Shown: piece by piece, positions 41,962-55,608 of the stretch | Position numbering within the stretch: the first letter of the stretch is position 1 | Layout: each line of letters begins with the position of its first letter | DNA from: Octopus vulgaris | Lineage: Eukaryota | Assembly (NCBI GenBank): GCA_951406725.2 | Contig: OX597816.1 | Coordinates: forward strand, 164,858,001-164,922,000 | DNA length: 64,000 nt | Reading direction: 5' to 3' | The notes under the pieces: model-generated | What the model was told of the DNA's origin: nothing | The model's input: the letters and a program-made list of their open reading frames with translations, nothing else | The model's database searches: none | Translations under genes and position numbers: made by a program

Positions 41962-42113
41962 CACAGGCACTCACGCACACATATATAAATATGTACATAA
42001 TACATTACAAGGAATAAGTCCTAGGGTCGATTTGCTCGACTAAAGGTGCTGCTCCTACATGGCCGCAGTCGAATGATTGAAACAAGTAAAAGAATAAAAG
42101 AAGATATATATAC

Positions 42114-42150
<37 letters not shown>

Positions 42151-42208
42151 AAGAGAGAGAAAGAGAAAGAATGAGAGAGTGAGAGAAGAGACAAACAGAT
42201 AGATAGAT

Positions 42209-42270
<62 letters not shown>

Positions 42271-42330
42271 CCAGGCAGACGTCGTGCACGCACGTACGCA
42301 CGCACACACACAAACACACACGCACACACA

Positions 42331-42392
<62 letters not shown>

Positions 42393-43329
42393 TGCAGCAC
42401 GCTCACGCGCGCACAAAGAATATGCAAAAAGAGAGGAAAGCTTGCATTGATAGTCGAATGACTCAAGAGTCTAATTCAAGGGAAAGAACTCTGACAGTAA
42501 AGCTATTTACTAGATGCATCAATTTTCCCCTTTGGAACTGAAATTAAATTTCCCCAATATTTCCCAGATTGTTCTTCAAGAACCAGATGGTAAATTTCGA
42601 CGGAGAGTAAAAAGGCTCCAGCTTTCTCAAAGAAGAATCAACGCGTCAAGGTCTTCGATGTGATTCAGATGCACGATGCTATCAAGAGGGAAGTTTGGAG
42701 ACAAGTTGAAGAGCTCGACGAGGACTACAATTCAACTGTCTGTATGCTAGCAGGAAGTGCATGCCAGCAGGGGCCACTAGGAGAAGCCTTGGAAGAAAGG
42801 AAGAAAGTAGCTGAGAAACGGAAAGCTATAAAGAGGAACATAAAAGATCACATGAAGAATTTATATATGTGTGTGTGTATTGTTTTAATTGTTTCAATCA
42901 TTTGACAGCGGCCATCCACCCCAGGACTTATTCCATCAGTCTCTTTTGCCAAACCGCCAATTTACAGGGATGTAAACAAACTAGCATCGGTTGTCAAGTG
43001 ATGCCGGTGGGGACGGAGGGCAAACACAGACACAAACATATGCATACATACATTTATATATATACGACGGGCTTCTTTCAGTTTCCGTCAACTAAATCCA
43101 CTCACAAGCTACTTACCACATAGCCTCTCCCTCCACCTATAAAAAAAGGTAGACAGCAGGATGGTCACGACTGAAATACCTTTTCGCCGCAATAATCAAA
43201 AATGTGCTTAATCAAAAATCGGAAGGAAATTAAGTCAAGCCTAGGATTTGAACTTATTACTCAAAGGGACGTAATCAAATATAAGCTAGTGATTATTCGT
43301 CCACTGTTTCACTGATTCTGACATAGTCT

Positions 43330-43361
<32 letters not shown>

Positions 43362-43587
43362 TGTATGTATGTATGTATGTATGTATGTATGTATGTATGT
43401 ATGTATGTATGTATGTATAGGCGTAGGCGTGGCTGAGTGGTAAGAAGCTTGCTTCCCAGCCACATGGCTCCGAGTTCAGTCCCATTGCGTAGCATCTTGG
43501 GTAAGTGTCTTTTACTATAGCCTCGGGCCAATCAAAGCTTTGTGAGTGGATTTGAATGACGGAAACTGAAAGAAGCTTATATATATA

Positions 43588-43649
<62 letters not shown>

Positions 43650-44542
43650 GTGTGTGTGCGTACCTGTGTTTGCCCTCCCCCCAATATAGCTTCACAACCG
43701 ATGTTGGTGTGTTAATCACCTGCAGCCTGCCACGGTATTAGTTTGTTTGCGTCCCTACTACTTAACAGTTCAGCAAAAGATTTTAAATACAGAAAAAAAA
43801 ACACAAGCATAGAGCTCGATTTGTTGGACTAAAACCCTTCATGACTATATTTCCTTGACTTAAGGAATCAAAAGATAAAACTTCACCGTTCTGTCGTTCT
43901 TCTTTTGCAGTCATTAATTTTAATCGTATTTTTCGTGACCGAAACTCACAATGCTAACGTAGTTTATTGGTTAGATAGAGATTTAGCTGCCCGAACGAAC
44001 AACTCTACGTTAGTTTTACAAAAATTTACAAACAGGAATTCCGTTTTCCAGGAGAAATTGAACAAAGAATATATACTGTAATATAAATTTCATCGACATT
44101 TACAAAATATCATTATTTTCAGTGAAATGGTTCAAGGGAGATAATCAGAACCTAAACGATTTGGATCTTCTGTCAGTAGGATTTTCGTTCGACATTTTGT
44201 CTCCCATAAACGTTTTCCACTACATAGAATGTATATATGTATATATGTGCTTATGTATGTATGTACGTACGTACGTACGTATGTATGTATGTATGTATGT
44301 ATGTATGTATGTATGTATGTATGTATGTATGTATGTATGTATGTATGTATGTATGTATGTATGTATGTATGTATGTGTTTGTTCAGCTTTATTTAAAGAT
44401 TTTTTGCCAATAGAGAAAGAGCCGGTTTGTATATATATAGATATAACGGGAAGGTTTACGAAAATAAACAAAAGACGAAGGCAGGTGGAGTACAAACAAA
44501 CAATTGTATTAGTATGGCGCTCAGGAATAGAAATAAAACAAG

Positions 44543-44580
44543 TCTTTTACGTTTCGAGCCTACGCTCTTCGACAGAAAGA
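44543..44580 (-). ncRNA. Minimal hammerhead-like motif, CUGUCGA variant, all stems intact
   Basis: Minus strand: tcttt-CTGTCGA-a-gagc-gtag-gctc-GAAAC-GTA-aaaga. Confidence 0.5.
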
Positions 44581-44635
44581 TACACAGAAAAGAACCAAGG
44601 AGAGAAAAAAAATGCGTGTAGAAGCAAACTTTCCA

Positions 44636-44702
<67 letters not shown>

Positions 44703-44777
44703 CATTCTTTTTCTCTCTCAAGTCTCATCGCTTTCTCCCTCCTTCACCTCTCTATCTTTGTTTCTCCCTCTCTTTCT

Positions 44778-44822
<45 letters not shown>

Positions 44823-44837
44823 CCTAGATATATACAG

Positions 44838-45290
44838 AGTGCGGTGAATAAAGACCAAAGTTCATCTTTGGTCTTAGAAATAGTTTTGTTGGTCTCTCGT
44901 TCAACCGCGCCCTACGCATAATAATGAACGAGGTTGCAGTCCGAGGAGGTATGTGGCCAGATGGCAGGGGTAATGTGGTCGCAAAAATTGTCTGACACCA
45001 TGATTGGGTTCTCCTTCTTGGGTGGCATGGTGCAGAGTCCTGTTGCCAGACATAGAGTCCTCCAGCAGCCATCCTCTTCACCCAGGGCAGAGCAATTTCC
45101 TCCAGGCACTTGATGTAGGCTTCCGTGTTGAGTGTGAGGCCGTGCGGGAAGATGAATTGAAGGCATAAATTCGCCATCACTAGTGATCACTTCAAACACT
45201 ATGATGTTGACTGGATGTTTGATTTTTATCACTCTCGGTACATGTTCTAGGGACACGGCAAGCCAATGGCTGTTCTGTGTGTACCTTTGT
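44838..45290 (-). mobile_element. Tc1/mariner DD37D(maT)-like transposase fragment
   Basis: KHPVNIIVFEVITSDG..LNTEAYIKCLEEIALPW..YVWQQDSAPCH..IWPHTSSDCNLVHYY, frameshifted. Confidence 0.8.
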
Positions 45291-45792
45291 GCTGGTGGGG
45301 TGGTGTGAGCTGCCTTTTTTGGCGGAGTGGGTGGGTGGATACTGTATTTTATCAGTACATTTTGTTATGGGGCTTTGCTTGAGTCTTCGGTTGTATTAGT
45401 TTTTATATTGCTTGTTGTTTGTGTAGTGCAGGTTGTGTTCTTCTGTCGGGTATCGGCCTTCTATGGCATATGTTGTGGGTTTTGTTCATTTTATCGGGTA
45501 TTTACAGTATGAGTTTATTTTGGAGGGGGGTTGCATAGTAGTGTGTGTGTGTGTAACTCCTAAATCAACTATTTTATAATATCTATGTTTATCAGTCCGC
45601 CGTTCTTTTGCTTGGTTTTGTTATAAGTTCCGTTACTTATTATTATTATCATTATTATCACTTCCATTATCATCTTCTTTCAATTCTGTTTCATTTTCTT
45701 GCCGAGTGTCTTCATGACACCTAGGGCAGAGAAACGCACAGTATACATTTGTAGGCCATTAAAATAATCACACTAGATCGTTCATTTACAAA

Positions 45793-45839
<47 letters not shown>

Positions 45840-45856
45840 CATTATTATCATCATCA

Positions 45857-45909
<53 letters not shown>

Positions 45910-45998
45910 GCATTAGCTGCTGCTGCTGTTACTATCGTTGTCGTGTCACTCGGTGAAGTTAAAAGAAGAGAAAAAACAGAAGACAGAAAATGTAATTG

Positions 45999-46154
45999 TT
46001 ACTGGTTGTTTATTTTGTCTTGGATCCAATCGTAGAAATAATTCACGTTTGCGTAGCCTCCTGGAAATATCCCACATCTGAGACCGAATGATACTATTCC
46101 AACAACAATCCATTCGCCGTTCCTGCAACACTGAAGCGGCCCTCCGGAATCACC
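45999..46154 (-). CDS. Trypsin-like S1A serine protease, last coding exon (catalytic Ser)
   Basis: Acceptor ttttatacggtag, phase 0. GDSGGPLQCCRNGEWIVVGIVSFGLRCGIFPGGYANVNYFYDWIQDKINNQ*. Confidence 0.95.
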   Translation of the reverse strand, partial: GDSGGPLQCCRNGEWIVVGIVSFGLRCGIFPGGYANVNYFYDWIQDKINNQ

Positions 46155-46204
46155 CTACCGTATAAAACAAATATATTAGAAAAACTAATACATACGTTTT
46201 TTTT

Positions 46205-46610
46205 ACTTTACTTTTTACTTGTTTCAGTCATTTGACTGTGGCCATGCTGGAGCACCGCCTTTTAGTCGTGCAAATCGACCCCGGGACTTATTCTTTGTAA
46301 GTCTAGTACTTATTCTATCGGACTCTTTTGCCGAACCGCTAGGTTACGGGGACGTAAACACACCAGCATCGGTTGTCAAGCGATGTTGGGGGACAAACGC
46401 AGACACACAAACACACACACACACACATACATGTATATATATATACATATATATGACGGGCTTCTTTCAGTTTCCGTCTACCAAATCCACTCACAAGGCT
46501 TTGGTCGACCCAAGGCTATAGTAGAAGACACTTGTCTAAGATGCCACGCAGTGGGACTGAACCCGGAACCATGTGGTTGGTAAACAAGCTACTTACCACA
46601 CAGCCACTCC
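46205..46610 (-). mobile_element. SINE family A (intronic)
   Basis: Full-length reverse-complement match to the family A consensus. Confidence 0.9.
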
Positions 46611-47039
46611 TACATGTCTACATCGAATCAACATGATATATATGCATTTCGTTATTAAACCGGTACTCCGTCGGTTACGACGACGAGTGTTCTAGCTGAT
46701 CCGATCAACGGAACAGTCTACTCGTTAAATTGACGTGCAAGTGACCGAGCACTCCACAGACATGCGTCCCTGTAACGCAGTTCTCCGAGAGATTTGGCGC
46801 GACACAGAGGAATAAAGTCTCTTACTCAAAGACATAAGGCGAAACCGGGAATCGAACTCACATCCTTGCGATCGTGAGCCGTATTCCCTACTCAGTCACG
46901 CACCAGTACAGCATTTCACTGTATAACTTAATCAAAAGTTGATGCTGTTGTTTTTGGTAAGCCCACTAAGCAGGCCTGCGGTCGAACACGTTCAGGCTAC
47001 CATCATCCAGTATTTTGTTATATCTAGTGCTATGTTCGT

Positions 47040-47081
<42 letters not shown>

Positions 47082-47927
47082 ACTTTTTACACTCCGGCTG
47101 CACCTCTCCTACCTATAGATTACTCTGGACTCTACTTTTGATGAAGAATCGCTGCAATACACCACAATACACAGCTGTCAGTTATAATGTATATGTATTT
47201 TATATCTTGTTATATTTATTTAGTTATATCTCATTATATTGATTGTAATTATTGTACTGTATTAATGTCTAATCTTAATGCTCTTGTGTAGTGTTTTAAT
47301 AAAGTATATGATTCGGTATTATCTGATAATTGATGAATGATTTAGATATATTTCTCCATTTTCTTATTTTGTATTATTAATTTATGGTAAAAATAATTTT
47401 ACCTTTGCCCACCTAATACAGTAAATGAATTAATTACATCGCAATTCTTAACATTTATGTATTAGCTTTGTTGGGTACTTCTCTAGCAGTATATTGGATA
47501 TATGTTATCCCATGGAGGGTTGAATTTACAACCCCTATCTCATTTTATATATATATATATTGGAGGCCCAGTGGTTAGGGCAGCAGACTCGTGGTCGTAG
47601 GATCGCGGTTTCGATTCCCAGACCAGGCGTTGTGAGTGTTCATTGAGCGAAAACACCTAAAGCAAAACAATAACAGTTCTATGTCATTCCTGTCATTAGA
47701 CAAACTGTTAACCAATGATTAAACAGTTTAAAATGTGGTGTATCTAACATTTTAGATACATATTCTTCGCAAATTCCAATATGATAAAAATAAAGTAATA
47801 CAAATCCCGTACCTAACCACCTGTATTCTGCAGGCAAAGAACGAGTGGCTAGATGAAGAGTTGACGGCGAAATCCAGCCCGAAAATAAGTCATAGACACA
47901 CGGGCGAAGGAAGGGAACCGTTTGTGA

Positions 47928-48267
47928 GAGAAATAGCAACCAAATTTCCCTCGGTTTTGTAGTAACATCAGCTAAATTTCTTCCACATGATAGAAATAGC
48001 AGCTAAATTTCCTTCAACTCGGTAAAAATAACAATCAAATTTTCCTCGACTTAGTAGAAATAGCGATCATATTCCCCCCGACTAGTAGAAAAAGCAACTA
48101 ATTTTCCTCGATTTCGAAGAAATAGCAGCCAAATTTCCATTTACTTGCTAGAAATAGCAACCAAATTTTCCTTAACTTGATAGATATAGAAACCAAATTT
48201 TTCTCAACTTTGTAGAAATAACAATCAAATTTTTCTCGATTTGCAGAAGTGACAGCCAAATTTCCTT
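47928..48267. repeat. Diverged minisatellite, about 31-32 bp unit, about 11 copies
   Basis: Consensus close to tagaaatagcagccaaatttccctcgacttg. Confidence 0.85.
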
Positions 48268-49316
48268 ATATCCTTCAAATACATTATCCTGTCTGAAGAA
48301 TTGGAGAATGCATTGACTATATTACTCATCTTACAAGCATAAATCTTACAAGCATAATTTGAATAAGAGCAGGATGCAATGGTCACGCTTGGAGCGCTTC
48401 AGACGATAGGTTTGTTCGATCAAGGCTGATATGGGAGCTCACAATAGTAATAACTATTTGAAACGGGTAATAAAGCAGTTCTTTCTAATTTTGGCACACA
48501 ACCTACAATTTTGAGGGCAAAAGCAGGCGAGTACATTGACCTCACTGTTTGAAAAGTACTTATTTTAGCAACACAGAAAATATGAAAAGTCAACTTCGGC
48601 GGGATTTTAATTCAGAATGTTAAGAACCGGAAGAATTGCTATCTGATACTTTGTCCGATGCGGTAATAGTTCTCTTGGCTGGGCGCCTTCTAATAATCTC
48701 ATTTCTTTATTGCCTACAGAACGTAACGGCAGACGAAATACCTATTTCTTTACTACCCACAAGGAACTAAACACAGAGAGGACAAACAAAGACAGCGATG
48801 TATATACGTCAAATTCTGTTTCAATTACGTACACCGAGTTTATTTCAGCTCGGCAAGTTTTTCGCAATATCAGTGAATGTCTTATTCACTGCTCTTTATA
48901 TATCCTTTTCTACTCTAGGCGCAAAGCCCGAAATTTTTTGGGGAGGGGGCTAGTCGATTAGATCGACCCAGTACGCAACTGGTACTTAATTTATCGACCG
49001 GAAAGGATAAAAGGCAAAGTCGACACTCAGACGAAATACCGATTTCTTTACTACCCACAAGGGGCTAAACACAGAGAGGACAAACAAGGACAGACAAACG
49101 GATTAAGTCGATTATATCGACTCGAGTGCGTAACTGGTACTTATTTAATCGACCCCGAAAGGATGAAAAGCAAAGTCGACCTCGGCGGAATTTGAACTCA
49201 GAACGTAGCGGCAGACGAAATACCGCTCAGCATTTTGTCCAGCGTGTTAACGATTCAGATAGCTAACCGCCTTCATCTATACAAGCAGTTCCCAACCTTT
49301 TCACAGTGGTTACTAG

Positions 49317-49474
49317 CAGTGGTTTCCAAGCCTTTTCTTTAAATGAGTTTTCCCACAAACTTCTTTTAATATGCTTATCCTTATATACAGGAAATTTTGA
49401 ATTGAGTTCACGGACCTCCAGCACTACCTTTGCAGACTAGCAGGGGTCCGTGGACTCCAGGTTGGGAACCACGG
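49317..49474. mobile_element. hAT/Charlie-like MITE
   Basis: Ends CAGTGGTTTCCAAG / GTTGGGAACCACGG. Confidence 0.5.
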
Positions 49475-50029
49475 ATCTATAATAAAAAATGCGAAATTCT
49501 GTCTGTCCGTCTGGAATCCCTGTATCTCAGTCTACATTTGTTATATGAAGAAATATTAAACCTTTTGGGAATCAGACTGATCCCGGGATTGAAAATCTGC
49601 CTTTTATTTGGTTCTTGAACATCCAGTACTGGGATCTGATTTAAAAGCATTTAGGTTGCTATTTTTAGCAGATAAAGCTTGGCTGATATAGGCCATCATG
49701 GCTGGCGTTTGTCAGATGACATCAGAGATCAAGGAGGCGATAAATGACATTCGCTTCGTTAATTTTACGTCGAGATAAGAACTTTGGGACAAATTGGCCA
49801 ACAGTTGGAAGTCAAGTTGGGACTGAAACAATAGAATGATTGCATTACAGAATTAATTCTTATCCGTCCTTAACCTCTGAGCAAACCCCCACCGGGGAAT
49901 ATAGTCATTATAGAAGTATTATAGTTATGCTATATAGTTCTCTTCAATTTTGGGTTCCAGTTCCGGTTAGCCCTCCGCGGGAGCTAGCTAAAAGGTCTGA
50001 GTGGAGTGCAGCTTTTAAGCTAGTGTGTA

Positions 50030-50346
50030 ATGAAATCACCGTGATCACCGTGACCGACCAGGCTATCAGATGTTTTTACACATCGCTGGTCATAATGCGC
50101 TTCGCATTGTTTTAGCCTTCAAATGACGCCACCCCGCTGGCTAAGCGAGCAGGCCAACAGATGAAAGAGTGAGAGAAAGTTGTGGCGAAAGAGTACAGCA
50201 GGGATCGCCACCACCCCCTGCCGGAGCCTCATGGAGCTTTAGGTGTTTTCGCTCAATAAACACTCACAACGCCCGGTCTGGGAATCGAAACCGCGATCCT
50301 GCGACCACGAGTTCGCTGCCTAAACCACTGTGCCATTGCGCCTCCA
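50030..50346 (-). mobile_element. SINE with family C head but a different 3' body
   Basis: 50165-50346 matches the family C head. 50030-50165 is unrelated to the family C tail. Confidence 0.65.
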
Positions 50347-50382
50347 CGTGTTATGAAATAATAACAAGAAAATGACAGTTAC

Positions 50383-50543
50383 ATTACAGGCATCTGTGGA
50401 GTTGCCCATGGCACAGAAAGCAGCGTCATAAAATGTAAACAATCTTGTTCCCTTGTTTGGCAAAACAGACAGCTTTGCTTTGCAGGCGTCGTCAGAAATG
50501 ATATCTATATTCGCTTGGTAAGGTATTGCAGAACCTTTGCCGG
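50383..50543 (-). CDS. Trypsin-like serine protease exon (Asp189 pocket)
   Basis: Acceptor tttctttacag, donor gtaact, phase 1 to 0. (A)GKGSAIPYQANIDIISDDACKAKLSVLPNKGTRLFTFYDAAFCAMGNSTDACN. Confidence 0.93.
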
Positions 50544-50839
50544 CTGTAAAGAAAGGAAATATAATGAATGAGAGTAGCGATATCAATAAATAACACAATA
50601 CGAAGAAAAAAAAAAGGATCACATCGATAGAGTCGGTTTCATTTATGGAGCTGATAATGTAACGGGGACGTAAAGAAACCATCACCAGTTCGTTTACGTC
50701 CTCGTTAAGTTTCATCCAGCGATGGTAGTGGCAGGACAAATAAACCTCATCACACATATACATACTCACATACATACTGTATAAACGCACACACACACAT
50801 AACACACATATATACACACACAAACATAACAGAAGTAAA

Positions 50840-51970
50840 TAGACACGCCATAAGACATCGTTTAATGTTTATTCTGAGTTTTTAAAGTTTATATTTTTTA
50901 TTAATTGATATTTTTATGTTTCAGGTTCTATATGTGACAGTTTAATCATGCCATGTACAAAAGAAGCCTTGGAACTGTCTGAATTTCAAAAAGGCCGTAT
51001 TGTGGGTCATTCTGAAGGTGGACATAGTCAGCGTAAAATCGCAGAAAACCGTTGGATCCCGCTTTCTACATTTAATAGAGTAATTGTGCAATTCACCAGA
51101 GGGTCCACATCACATCACCCTCTGACAGGACCCTTCTCTTTGTTAAGAGAAGTGTGGAGGATAATCCTCGTTGCAAGGCCTCTGGCATAGCAGAACAGGT
51201 TGATGTCAGTCTCTGAACTTGGTTACTATGGTAGAGCAACAAGAAGGAAGCCACTTCTTCGACCAGCCAACAACAAGCGGAGAAAAGACTGAGCCAGTGA
51301 GATGGTGGAGAGGCCACTAGCATTTTGGGACACTGTCATATTCACTGATGAGTCCAAATTTGCTGTATTTCCTAACAGTTGCCGAATGTGGGTCTGGAGA
51401 CTCTGTGATCAAAAATTTGATGTGAAACGATTGCAGCCAACAATGAAACGGCAGCTATTCTGCGATGGTCTGGGGAGCAATTTGGAGAAATGGTTGATCA
51501 GAGCTGGTGGAGTGTAAAGGAAACATAAATTCAGATAAATATGTGTCCATATTGCAGAAAGGACTCCTTCCTATCTTCTCTAGTAGTGAAACGATAAAAG
51601 AAGACTCTATATTAAAATGACCCAAGATTTGTCGGCTGAGAATGGCATTAAAAAGCTTCCATAGTCAAGCCAGTCACCAGATATGGACCCTATAGAACAC
51701 CTCTGGGACATAGTGGACAGGGCACTTCAAAAAAAAGAACAAGAAAACATCTTCGAAATCAGATCTTTTGAGATTACTGCATGAAACTTGGCAAGAAATT
51801 CCGCAAAAGAATATTCGTCATCTAATCATATGCATAATAGGGTCCTTTCTTTGAAAAATGCAAAGGGCATGTCCACTAAATATTAAATATTCCCATTATA
51901 ACAATTAATAAATAATTTGAATATATAATTTCAGATTTAAATAAATTTTAATGATTATAAGGATGTCTAT
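50840..51970 (+). mobile_element. Tc1-family (DD34E) transposon, decayed, intronic
   Basis: [53 protein letters not shown] and SQSPDMDPIEHLWD, with stops and frameshifts. Confidence 0.88.
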
Positions 51971-52332
51971 TTACTTCTGTCATATCTGTGTACATATAAC
52001 GTGTGTGTGCGAAAACGTGGCTTAGTGGTTAGCGTAATCGGCTCACGATCACAAGGTCGTGAGTTCGATTCCTGGCGGGTGTTGTTTCTTTGAGCAAGGT
52101 ACCTTATTACACATTGCTCCAGTCTACTCAGCTGGTAAAAAAATGAGTAATACCTGTGTTTCAAAAAGGACCACCCTTGTCACATTCTGTGTCATGGTGA
52201 GTCTCACTGAGAACTACATTTTGGGTACGCGTGTTCGTGGAGTACTCAGCCAGTTGCGCGTTAATTTCAAGAGCAGCCTGATCCATCGATCGAACCAACT
52301 GAAACACCCGTCGTTATAGCGAACGGAGTGTC

Positions 52333-52363
<31 letters not shown>

Positions 52364-52400
52364 TGTATGTATGTATGTATGTATGTATGTATGTATGTAT

Positions 52401-52952
52401 GTCAGGTCACTTTCGAGTGCTACTGGTAACATGTAACCCAGTACCACCTGTTGCATGGTCGGGTCGTCGGCGACTGAACTGGCAATCTCACCAAGCTTGC
52501 TTGGTGAGGAGAGTGTTTATTGGACAACCTGCAGGATGAAAAACAAAACCTGTCAAAGGGCGGAGGAACTCTTGAGAGTCAACGGCCATCCAATAAATGT
52601 CTTAAGGCTGTATCATGCGCGGGGACATAGAAATAATCGGACTGAATACCCAATCGCGCAGCTAAACCATTGGGAGTGAAGGACTCCTAGCCTTTGTTAG
52701 GGCATCCTTCTAGGAGAAGGTAACTCAGGTAACTGGGATAACTCCGACATAAAACCTGCGGCTCAGTGGTTACCGATGATGTTGACTTGTTCTTCTTTTC
52801 GGATTATGGCTGCTGTTGCTTAGTGAGTGGGATTGACTCAGGGCACAGTCTTTCCTCACTTTAAAAAAATCTTCTTGCACAGGCATTGCACGATAACAAC
52901 ATTGATTAAGCTTCGTGCAATGGCTATACTCGATAACGAGGGGGCAGCTACC
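52401..52952 (+). mobile_element. Non-coding insertion in an (ATGT)n tract, RTE 5'-UTR-like non-autonomous retroelement
   Basis: Flanked on both sides by (ATGT)n. The ctaggagaaggtaactc..aaacc motif recalls RTE 5' UTRs (recognition from memory). Confidence 0.45.
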
Positions 52953-52991
52953 ATGTATGTATGTATGTATGTATGTATGTATGTATGTATG

Positions 52992-53058
<67 letters not shown>

Positions 53059-53496
53059 TATGTAATATTATTTATCTATTTCAGCCGATCTAATGAATCG
53101 ATTGTCCACCGGGTATTAAATAAAGCACGTGCTTTTCGAAGATAACACATCCGAAAAGAAATATGGCGACTCCTCTCTGGCTGAAAGATTTTTGCCACAT
53201 TTTTCCAACGCGGGTGACATGGCCTTGCCACACGGATTCGTAGGAACTTGTGTTATTCCACACACACCTACGACATTACGGGTCTTTGTTCTGTTTGAAC
53301 GCGGTTACGGCATAAACCATGCTTCACCCAAAACGACTGTCAGATAAGGCTATTACATAACTTATGTTTATTTTATATTTTGTACTTTGTACTTTATATT
53401 CCATGTAAATATAATAATAAAGCCTATTTCATTTGCCTGCCTGTCTTCTTAATGAGCACAAGAGAGAAAAAATAAATAAAATGGCGACTAACTTAC

Positions 53497-53646
53497 CGGT
53501 AGAATGGGTACCCCATCCGGTAACAGTACACGTCTCACCCACAACGAAAGACTCTTTCTTGTAAAGGTGAGTCGGTTTGACGTACTTGCTAATAAAAACG
53601 GGTTTTCGCAGTTTCAATAATGCAGCGTCATATCTCATAGGTCTTA
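53497..53646 (-). CDS. Trypsin-like serine protease exon (catalytic Asp)
   Basis: Acceptor ..ccaccacag, donor gtaagt, phase 1 to 1. (I)RPMRYDAALLKLRKPVFISKYVKPTHLYKKESFVVGETCTVTGWGTHST. Confidence 0.93.
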
Positions 53647-53747
53647 CTGTGGTGGCCACGGCAGGAAATTTGAAAAAATAAGAGAAAACGTAGATAAGTT
53701 ATGAATAAAATTCAAAAGGAAGAAATAAATAAATGAATAAATAAATA

Positions 53748-53802
<55 letters not shown>

Positions 53803-54309
53803 GAAAAGGGCATGGCTGTGCAGTTAAGAAGGCTGCTTGCAACCAAGTAATTCCGCGTTCGATCCCACTACACAACACTGGACAAGTATCTTTTATTATA
53901 GTCTCTGGTTGATTAATATCTTGATAATAGAATTTAGTGCGGCGAGCTGGCAGAATCATTAGCACGCCGGATAAAATGCCTAGCAGCATTTCGTGTCTAC
54001 GTTCTGAGTTCAAATTCCATCGGGTAGGTTGAGTTTGCCCTTCATCTTTTTGGGGGTCAAATAAAATAAGTATCAGTTGAATAGTGGGATAGGTTTAATC
54101 GACTTGGCCCCTTCTCTAAAATTGCTCCCCTTGTGCCACAATTTGAAGCGAACACTTTGTTAGTGGAATGTAAAACGATTGTCAAGTGATGTTGACGTGA
54201 TAAGCACAGACACACATACACACACATCACATGTATGTATATATATATACGTGTGTGCGTGTATATATATGTATGTATATTTGTGTGTATATATGTGAGT
54301 GTGTTTGTG

Positions 54310-54340
<31 letters not shown>

Positions 54341-54710
54341 ATATGTATGTGAGTGTATGTGTGTGTGTGTGTGTATGTATATACATATATGTGTGTGAGT
54401 GTGTGGAAGTATATATATATATATATATATATGCGTGCGTGTGTGGGTGCGTGTTTCCCTCAAATCGTACACACGACACTAAACTCACTTATAAGTTATT
54501 AGTCGGCCCATGGTTATAGAAGAAGTCTCTTGCACAAGGTACTGCACAGTGGTACTGAACCCGATACTTCATGGTTGTAAAGCAAACTTCATAACCACAC
54601 AGTCATTTCCATCAAAAGTTGATGTCAAACAGACATTTAAACTTAGCAATTAGTTTACAATTTGAAGATGTAATCTTTTTAATGAACCATTGTAAATTCA
54701 ATGAAGATAG

Positions 54711-55045
54711 TGCGAGATCAAATTTCGCTCGAAGTCAACATTGCCTCAAGATCAACTTTGTCTCGCGATCAACTTTGTCTCAAAATCAACTTTTCTCGAG
54801 ATCAGCTTTGTCTCCAGATCAATTTTGTCTCAAAATTAACTTTGTCTCGAGATGAACCCTGTCTCAAAATCAAGTTTGTCTCGAGATCAACTTTTTCTCG
54901 AAATCAACTTTGTCTCGAGATCATCTTTGTCTCGAGATCAACTTTTTCTCGAGATCAACTTTGTCTTGAGATCATCTTTGTCTTGAAATCAGCTTTGTCT
55001 GAAAATCAACTTTTTCTCGAGATCAACTTTGCCTTGTGGTCAACA
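54711..55045. repeat. 17-bp minisatellite (tctcgagatcaactttg), about 19 copies
   Basis: Direct tandem periodicity within a protease intron. Confidence 0.9.
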
Positions 55046-55608
55046 TTACCATTCACCATTTCAGAATGGATTTTTTAAAATATCACTCCAGGGCGGTGCA
55101 TTGAGGAGACGCCATGGCCTTCGTGGGTGGTAGACAATCCACAACCACCCGGTTCGATACCCCACCTCTTACTTTGGTAGCCCTTAGCTGACCAACCACT
55201 TTTGTAAGCATTCAAGCTAAGCCACCTGTTTAAAGATCCCTTCCACTTCTTTTCCCACCACTGTTGGATGCTCTATAAAGTGTTATAGGCACTTATTTCC
55301 CCTTAACTGACTCAGAAAAATAATCGGTTTTCTCTGTGAACGGATATTGCGAAAATGTTGATACTAAAAGAAAAGCGGCATGCTGTCAAAATCGTTGATA
55401 CGCCGGACGAAATGCTTAGCGGCATAAATTTTGATTTCAAGTGCCACCACCTAGGTTGACTTCGCTTTTCGTAATTTTGGAGACGATAAAATAAGGTACC
55501 AGTGAAGTACGTGGGTGTATGTAATCGACTTGCTCCTTTCCTTAAAATTTGCTGGTCTTGTGCCAAAATTTGAAGGAATTAAATAGAAAACACAAAAAGA
55601 AAACTTAC

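Noticed and set aside
54711-55045. Tandem array superficially like CRISPR, with overlapping ORFs
   Set aside because: Contiguous 17-bp units without unique spacers, eukaryotic intron, no cas genes.
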